A DNA stretch of 64,000 bases from Bacteroidales bacterium (lineage in GTDB: Bacteria; Bacteroidota; Bacteroidia; Bacteroidales; F082), in the NCBI GenBank assembly GCA_024709145.1, contig JANJXG010000006.1, positions 38,550 through 102,549 on the forward strand. The letters run 5' to 3'. The position numbers were made by a program, and so were the translations under genes. Below the pieces are notes generated by a model. The model worked only from the letters and a program-made list of their open reading frames with translations. It did not search any database and was not told where the DNA came from. Below are positions 27,144 through 35,600 of this stretch, in pieces. Numbering within the stretch: the first letter of the stretch is position 1; each line of letters opens with the position of its first letter.

Positions 27144-29635
27144 GGTTCAAAGTCTTTTGCTTGTTGCATCGTTACCTTTTGCTGATCGATGTATGGCACG
27201 ATGAAGCTGTCGGGGAAACCTGCGCTTCGGATCATATTGCGTAAAGCCTCAGCATCTTCCAGTTTGAGGCGGTCGCCGGCCTCATACCTGTAAAGCGTTC
27301 CTTGTTCATGTACAAAAAACCGGAGGTCAGCAATCATTTGTTTCAGCGGGGCGAAGTAAAGTTCCGGATCGTATTGATTGGCCGATACAAGCACCTGTAC
27401 CCTGAAGACAAGTCTCGAATTGAGCTGTTCGGTTGAGTTGAGTTCGGTTTGACCGGCAGGCTCAGTATCTGCTTTTACCTGATAGGCTACGACCTGAAAA
27501 GTGGTTCGGCGGTTTGTCTGATGCTGACTTTCGTTTTGAGCATTTTTGAAAATCGGATTCGTTTTCCCATAACCCCTGGCAATCAATCTGTTGGAAGCAA
27601 TACCGCTGGCAATCAGGTAATCTACCACCGATTGTGCACGTTCGAGTGAAAGTTTATCGTTGTAAGCCGCTGTGCCACGTTCGTCAGTATGCGACGAAAT
27701 TTGGACCTTCACACCCGGTGTTTCACGTAGCATGGATGCGAGTTTTTGAAGTTCTGTTTTTGATGATTCCCTCAAAGCTGCTTTATCAAAATCATAATAA
27801 ATGTCATTGAGTGTGATTTCCTTTTTTTCAGTGATTCTGGTTAATTCGAAATCAAGATCATAACCACTGGCTTTTTCGAGCAGTAGGTTGCTGCCTGATT
27901 CGGGTGTGCGTAATACCCTCGACTCGGTGAAATAGCCGGCACCACTCACTTTGACGGTATAAATCCTGTCATGGCGGAGCGAATCATAGCCGTAAATTCC
28001 ATTTTCGTCGGTGCTTGTCGTCCATTTTGCTCCACCTGGTCCAAGCAACGTAATCCTTTCCCCTTCCATAGGCATTCCTGTTTCACGCTCAGTAACTCTT
28101 CCCCTGATACCTACTGCAAAAGATTTTTTTGTAAGAAGGAGCCATTCCAGCAACTGGTTTTGACCGGTGTTTGACTCTTGCAGCCGCTTATGCTCAGGAT
28201 GAAAGGCCGGATGCGTAGCAGTGAGTAATCCGCGTGATAAAACAGGTACTGAAAGGGTAAATTCACCTGTTACGTTGGTTATAACACTGATTTCATTTCC
28301 AAGGCCATCGTTCCAGTTTACAGTGGCTGAATCAATCCGCAGCGAATCAGAAACAGTTGCAACAATGCCGCCAACAAGCCTCCGAAGGGGATATGCATCA
28401 AAAAAGAAAATATCATCACTGTTGCCCTGATTTCTGTTTGAACTAAGTACACCTTTTGTAGAACCCGGCCTCAGACTTAGCGAGAAGTCATCAGCTGTTG
28501 AGTTAAACGGGGGCAGCAAAAGTTGAGGCTTTTCAAAACCATTTCCGCGATCATAAACAGCATAGAGGTCGAGACCTCCGAAGCCAGTTTCGTGACCCTG
28601 AGAAGAAAATATCAGTATGCTGTCGCCTACTGAGGTTGGAAAAACTTCGTCAAAAGCAGTGTTAACAGCAGGTCCGGCATTCACGGGTATGCCCCAGCTG
28701 CCATCATCTTTGAGGGTGATGCTGTAGATGTCGTTGCCTCCGAATCCTCCGGGAAGGTTAGCGCTGAAATACAATACTTTGCCATCTTCACGTAGATGGG
28801 GATGGCCATATTGGTATTTTTTTTGTACAAAACCTGCATGAACCGGTTTCGAAAACCTGAAGCCTGTGGCATCAAAAGTCGATTCCATAATGGTACACCT
28901 TTTTTTATTGTTGTTGCAACGTGTAAAAAGAATTCTTTTGTTGCGTGAATCATAGGTCATGACACCGGTGTTTTTGTTTCCGCTCAGCGGCAATAAGATA
29001 GCCTGACCAAAATCACCGTAAAGATTTTCAACAGAAAGGTAAAGCGCTGAGTAATTTTCAGCGGTTCGTCCGTCTGTTTTGCTTGAATAGCCATCGGTTC
29101 TGGAGGAGGAGAGAACAAGGTCGTGGTTGAACCAGGAAGCAGCGTAATCGCTTGCTTTGGTGTTTAATGTTGTAGCTTCATAAATTTTTGGATGGGTTAA
29201 TTGCTGACTGCTTTCGTAATTTCTGATAAATAGCATCATCCGTTTGGCTTCTGCAGAGTAAGGTTGCAGATTGAGCACTTTTTCAGTCATATTTCGCGCT
29301 GGGGCCACCTGACCCATTTTCAGATAAGCATCGGCTTGAGCAAGCAGCCAGTCGGGGTTGTTCCCATCGTTTCCATTGGCATCGGCATACCATTGTAAAG
29401 CTTTTTCAAATTGATTCATTCGGTGAAATGCACTGCCAATCCTGAATGCCAGTTCTTTTCGGTCTTGTTGCTCGTTTGTGAGATGAAAAGCCTTGATCCA
29501 TAGTTTGGAAGCACGATCAAAATTGTGTGCCTCATAGTGTTTTCCGGCTTGCCTTATCAAAGCTTTCTGAGCCTGAACCGGAGGGGTGAAACACAACAAC
29601 ACACAAAAACCGATTATATACTTCATTGATTTCAT
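27140..29635 (-). CDS. Multidomain OmpA-family protein (TPR + TolB/PD40-like repeats + CarboxypepD_reg-like + OmpA_C + SPOR-like)
   Basis: TPR-like helices at aa ~25-135. PD40-like LYFSAN..GGNDIY and LIFSS..GGLDLY at aa ~160-415. Beta-sandwiches at aa ~420-570. OmpA_C at aa ~605-715 (YYDFDKAALR...ISSHTDERGTAAYNDKLSLERAQSV). C-terminal SPOR-like region at aa ~740-815. ATGA overlaps at both ends. Confidence 0.8.
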   Translation of the reverse strand: MKSMKYIIGFCVLLCFTPPVQAQKALIRQAGKHYEAHNFDRASKLWIKAFHLTNEQQDRKELAFRIGSAFHRMNQFEKALQWYADANGNDGNNPDWLLAQADAYLKMGQVAPARNMTEKVLNLQPYSAEAKRMMLFIRNYESSQQLTHPKIYEATTLNTKASDYAASWFNHDLVLSSSRTDGYSSKTDGRTAENYSALYLSVENLYGDFGQAILLPLSGNKNTGVMTYDSRNKRILFTRCNNNKKRCTIMESTFDATGFRFSKPVHAGFVQKKYQYGHPHLREDGKVLYFSANLPGGFGGNDIYSITLKDDGSWGIPVNAGPAVNTAFDEVFPTSVGDSILIFSSQGHETGFGGLDLYAVYDRGNGFEKPQLLLPPFNSTADDFSLSLRPGSTKGVLSSNRNQGNSDDIFFFDAYPLRRLVGGIVATVSDSLRIDSATVNWNDGLGNEISVITNVTGEFTLSVPVLSRGLLTATHPAFHPEHKRLQESNTGQNQLLEWLLLTKKSFAVGIRGRVTERETGMPMEGERITLLGPGGAKWTTSTDENGIYGYDSLRHDRIYTVKVSGAGYFTESRVLRTPESGSNLLLEKASGYDLDFELTRITEKKEITLNDIYYDFDKAALRESSKTELQKLASMLRETPGVKVQISSHTDERGTAAYNDKLSLERAQSVVDYLIASGIASNRLIARGYGKTNPIFKNAQNESQHQTNRRTTFQVVAYQVKADTEPAGQTELNSTEQLNSRLVFRVQVLVSANQYDPELYFAPLKQMIADLRFFVHEQGTLYRYEAGDRLKLEDAEALRNMIRSAGFPDSFIVPYIDQQKVTMQQAKDFEP

Positions 29636-32600
29636 TCGATGACGATAGTTACTGATCCTTTTTCTGTTCGGATGAGGTTTCCGCTTACATCTCGTATTTC
29701 GAGCAGGTAATAATAAGTTCCCGGTGATACCAGTGCCCCGTTGTACCTTCCGTCCCAGCCTTCAGAACCTGCATACAACTCAACACCCCAGCGGTTAAAC
29801 ACTTTCAGGTAGTTTCCCTTGAGGAAGCGATCATTGATATTGTCGCTGTTTGGCGAAAAGGCGTTAATACTGATTTCGCCTCCAGTTTCACGATCGAGTA
29901 CGATTTCAGCTGAAGCAAGGCAGCCTTTTTCGTTTTCTGCGACAACAACAATGGTGTCGCTGGGCAAAACTGTCAAGCCATACACATAAAAAGGGTCACT
30001 GCCAGAAGCAAGCTGTTGGTTCCCTGAAAGGAATCGATAATTTTCGTTGATGGTGGCTGAAATGACCACAATACGTTGTTGTTCAGGTTGATTGGCTAGT
30101 GTTATCACTGGAATGCCATTAACCTCCACTGAGGCGGATGTAGTGCCAACACAGCCGAAACTGTTTTTTGCAAGGAGAGTATATGTTGTATTCTCAGTGG
30201 GATAATCAGTTATTGATGAGCCTGTTACGGGGGGGCTTGTCAGCCATTCAAAAGCCTCGCCACCGATGGCTGTAAGGTTCAGCGGGTCTCCGGTGCAGAT
30301 CTCTTTAGGTCCGCTGATCTGCGGAACTGGTTTGGGATAAACCAGCAGACTGGCTGCGCCGGTCATCCAGGAACTGCATCCCGATTGCTTGCTGATGGCC
30401 TGCATTACATAATTGCCTGAGACGTTTGTTGAAACAATGCTGATGGGCAAACCATTGCCTTCAAAAATGCCGGCAGGTTCATTGCTATTCAGGAAAAGGT
30501 GATAATCTGTTTCAGGAGAGGAGCCTGATAATAGAAAACCCTTTCCCGATTCATCTGCACAGTGTGAACCTCCACCTGAGAATTGGAAAACCTGAGGAAT
30601 AGGTTCCTGATTTGATGAGACCTCCCCGTCCATAAGCCGAATACAACCACTTAGATTACTTGCTCTTACGGTATAATTTCCGCTGACTGAGCTCAGTGTG
30701 AATTCGAGCGCCTGTCCGGTTCCGTTTTTGGATTCCCCTGTATTAAAACCATTTCTGTAAAGTTCATAGAGTGTATTGGGCTCACTGCCTGAAAGAACCA
30801 AATTGGGAGCAACAGCGCCTGCACACCAGCTGCCTCCGCCACTTAAAGGATATGCCTGAGGTAGCGGATTGACAAAAATGATGGCCGAGTCACTCTGTTG
30901 ACTAAAGCCGTCAGAAACAGTTACTTTTACTTTCGTTGTGGTGCCAGGTTGAAAGCTAAAAACGGGATTGGTACCGTTTCCTGAATCAGGTTCTGTTGTC
31001 CATTGCCAGGTATAATTTCCACTCCCACCGGTTGGAATTGCCTGACAAGTCACGGTTTGGGCAGGACAAACAGCTGACTGTGAATGGGAAAGATCGATTG
31101 TCAGGGTACTGCCCTGAACAAATACAAGGCTTTGATCGGTGGCTGTGCAACCTGATTGGATATCAGTTGCCTGAACGGTGAAAACCTGACTTGACAGCAG
31201 ATTTTTTGTTAATGGTGATGCTGCTCCCGGATTGAGGATCAAATCTGCGGGCTGCCATAAATAACTGTAATTACCAGTTCCGCCATAAGTGGTGCTGGTA
31301 AGCTGGGTTGTTGTGCCGTAGGCAATCACCTGATCAGGCCCGGCTTCAATCACAGGTGAATTGAAATACTGTACCAATGCCGAGCCTTGCATTTGCGAAA
31401 CGCATCCTCCTGTGGTGTTTTTTGCTACGACAGTGTAAATACCTTCCAGCCTGAAACTCCCAAAAAGGATGGGCGTTCCCTGTCCGACCACACTGATCAG
31501 CGCCTGATCGTAGTTTCGGAATAGCGTATAAATATACCCTGATTCAGAGTTATTTAGTCCGACTTCAACCGCTGTTTCCGGGTTGCAAAAACTGCCTCCG
31601 CCAGTAACTTCGAAAATTGCCGGATAGCTGATGGCTGTCACAAAAATTGAGTCTTTCAGCTGGGAACTTCCTTCCTGAAGGGTTGCAAAAACCCAGTCGG
31701 AGGATGAAACTGTATAACTAATTTGTGTCCCCAGCCCTAGAAAGTCTCCGTTTTTATCACTCCAGACGACCTCATAATTGCCATTCCCTCCACCCGGAAG
31801 TGCGGTTAAAAGGATATTACTGCCTTGACAAGCTTCTGCAGGATTGGGAAAGAGTTGGAGACTGAGGGCCCCACCTGTAACAACGACAAAAGTTGTGTCT
31901 ACCATACTGTTGCACCCACTTTGCTGATCTTGTGCATGAAACAAAAAACCGGTGCTTTGTGCCAACGGAACAGTTAGGGTGCTGGCTGCTTGAGGCTGAA
32001 GGGTGAGGTATGCAGGGTTCCACTGGTATTGGTAGCTGCCTGTTCCGTTTGAAACGATTCCCTGCAAGAGGGCTGCTTCATTCAGGGTAATCTGTTGGTC
32101 GGCGCCGGCATTGACTAAAGGTGAATTGTATGCAATTACCTCAGCAACTCCGTCCATCATGGCATTGCAGGAAGTGGCATTTAATTTTGCCGATATCGTG
32201 TACTGACCTTCAAGTGTTAACGCCACAAACAGCAAAGGTTGTCCGGTGCCTGGCAGCACAAAATCTGTCGGGAAAGCATTTCTGAAAAGTGTATATTCAA
32301 CACCGGTTTCTGAATCAGAGAGGAGAATCGAAGCTGTGTTGCTGCCCTGACAAATAACTCCGCCACCGGAAATTTGGAAAGTTGTGGCAGCTTGTTTTAC
32401 TTCAATGAAAACTGTTGCCGAAATGCTTGTCCAGCCATCAGATACAACCACAGTATAGCTCGTCGATACAAGTGGATTGACCACCGGATTGAATTGATTT
32501 GACAGAAATCCGGATGGGTCTGACGACCAGGTGTAACTTACCGGGCCATTCCCCCCCGATGCGAGGGCGTATAAGCGGGTAAAGTCTCCCGGGCATAGTT

Positions 32601-35600
32601 CGTTCTGTTCTGCAAATGTTTCAAGCATCAGGTTGCTTTGGTTTACTACAACCCATGCCTGAGAATTTTGCTGGCATCCCGTTGTTTGGTCAATGACCTC
32701 CAGGCTGAAAGTAGCATTCTCCAGCAATTCAACCGTCTGGGTATTCGCAAGGTTGGGCTGTTGAACCAACTCAGCGGGTGACCAAAGGAAACTGAATTGA
32801 CCAGAGCCACCTGATGTTTGTGAAGTTAGAAAAGCGGTTTGCCCGCTTATAATCTGTTGTAATCCTGATGTTTGAATAATTATGGGCTCTGTTTCAAAGA
32901 TATTGGCTTCGCCATTCATCTTTGCTGAACAGCTGTTTGAAAGGTTTTTGGCTTTCACGGTATAATGTCCGGGATAAACAATTTGCTGAAAAGTAAGCGG
33001 ATTGCCTGTCCCGTAAAGGATCGCCGTGACTTGGCTTTGATTGTGTAGGAGACTGTACTCGATTCCGGATTCTGATTGACTAAGTAAGAGTTGTTTACTT
33101 TCGACTTGTGAACAAAGAAATCCTCCACCGCTGAGCTCAAAGGTAGCAGGTACATCAAGCACAGTGATTTCGGTTTCTGCAGTTGCGGCTGCGCTACCAT
33201 CTGTAAGTGTTAATTTGTAGGTTCCCGATATCATGGCAGGAATCGTCAGAATCGCCGAGGTTCCAACGACATTCATTTCAGGATCAGTCCATTGATAGGA
33301 ATAATTACCCGAACCACCTTCGGGAAGGGCGGTTAACAGGATGTCGGATCCCCTGCAATACTGGGTGTTTTCAGCTAAAATGCCAGCACTCAGTGTGATA
33401 CCGCTCACAACAACGATTACCGTGTCGGGAAGACTTTGACACATTGTAGATATATCGGTTACCCTCACCACAAAAGCAGTCGATTGGTTCAGAGGGAGGG
33501 TTTGCGTTGTTGATGCCTCAGGATTCAGCAGGAGAGCGGCAGGTTGCCAATGATAACTGTAATTGCCTGATCCGCCTCCTGCAACAGCACTTAAAGTGGT
33601 GCTGCTACCGGCTGTGACCACTTGATCGGGTGAAGCAACAACGAGAGGTTTGTCCAGAATGACAACACTCGCTTCACCTGTCATCGAGGCTTGACAAGTG
33701 GCTTCATTTTGTGCCTTTATTGTATAAATACCCTCAGAATCAATGTTTTGAAATATTATCGGTACTCCCGTGCCATTGATGCTTTGGTAAACTGGATTGT
33801 TGTTCCGGAACAACTTGTACACGACTCCTGGTTCCGACCCACTCAGGCTGAGGTTTATGGGCAGGCTTTCCTGACAAAAACCTCCCCCTCCTGAAATGGT
33901 GAATTGCGTCGGTGCTGACTTAACATCAACAAAAACAGATTGAGTGTACGATTGCGCGCCATCATTCACGGTGACCGTGAAAGTGGTGGGGGTCGTTGGT
34001 GTGAAAACGGGATTATACACATTGGATGTGAACCCCGTAGGATTACTCAGCCAGTTGAAGGAATAGTTTCCGTTGCCGCCACCCGGTAAGGCTAGCAGCT
34101 GAACAGCATCACCCGGACAAAGGCTAGTTGAACTTGCTGTAACCTGAAGATATATAGGACTGCTGTTTACAAATACTGTCACGTAATCAGTCGAAGGCTG
34201 ACAAATATTTCCTGCCCCATTAGCCACTAGTTTGAAAAGTGTTGTTTCGGTCAGGGCTGTTGTTGTTGGCTGGATTGCCTCAGGATTAAGCAGCTTTGCT
34301 GCAGGTTCCCAACTGTAGGTATAACCGGGCTGCGAAGAAATCACATTGCCTTCCAGGATCACCTCACCCCCGGCCACAACAGATTTGTCAGGTCCTGCAT
34401 CCGCAATCACCTGTCCGCCTGAAAAAATCACTGCCTGACCATTCATGGCAAGGTTGCAGTTTGTCAGCTGATTTTTGGCTCTGACTGTATAAGTCCCGTT
34501 GGCACTGAAAAGGCCAAATGACAGACTTGTTCCTGAACCAATCAAACGGGCCGCCTCCACGCCTTCATAAAACAATGCATAGCTGATACCTGAAGCAGAT
34601 CCTGACAAACCAACGGGAAGTTGCTCTCCGGTCTGGCAAATAGAGCCTCCTCCTGTAACTGAATAGACCTGAGGCAATGGATTGACGACGATGGCGGTAG
34701 ATTGACTGACTGTTTGAAGTCCATCACTCACAACAACAGTGTAAGTAGTGGTTTCCACCGGTGTAACAGTGATTTGCGCTGTATTTCCAAAGAATCCCTC
34801 AGGTACCGATGTCCAATAATAAGTGTAACTACCTGTTCCTCCACTGGTTATTGCTGAAATGCTGCATGTCTCACCTGCACAAATCTGATTAGCCTCGGAT
34901 TGTAAGGTTAGGTTTATGGCATTCCCCGAAACAAAAACTGTTTTGGTGTCAGTTAAACTCTGACAACCACTTTGCTGATCTGTTGCAACAAAACTAAAAA
35001 TGGTTGTGGAAGTGAGTGGTGTGGTATTGGTTTGAATAGAATTTGGCTGCAGTACCCGGTTAGCAGGCGACCATACTCCTGAATAATTCCCTGATCCGTT
35101 TGTGATGGCAGCAGCGAGCAGATTGCTGCTATTGTATAGAATCGTGGCGTCGGGCCCTGCATCCGCCAATGGTCGTGACTTTTGAATCACTTCTGTCATC
35201 CCATCCATCATAGACGAACAAAGGTTGACCGGACTGAAAGCCTTCGCCTGGTAATTCCCTGAGGTGGGCTGTTGTCCAAAACTGATGGGTTCACCATTAC
35301 CTTGCCTGATTTCTCCTGTTTCGTTTCCGTTTCGAAACAAACTGTAAAAGACGCCTGGATCAGAATCCGATAGTTTAATTTCAGGTGCCTGCTCTCCGGG
35401 GCAATACGAACCACCGCCAGTCAGGTTGTAAATGGTTGGTTTTGACCTGACAGTGATTTGAACTGAATCTTTTGCCGAAAGAAAACCGTCAGTAACAGTA
35501 ACGATATAAGTAACTGTTACCATTGGACTGGCTGTAGGATTATAAACTCCTGAAGTAAACCCTTCAGGTTTTGATTGCCAACTGTAGTTATAGCTTCCCG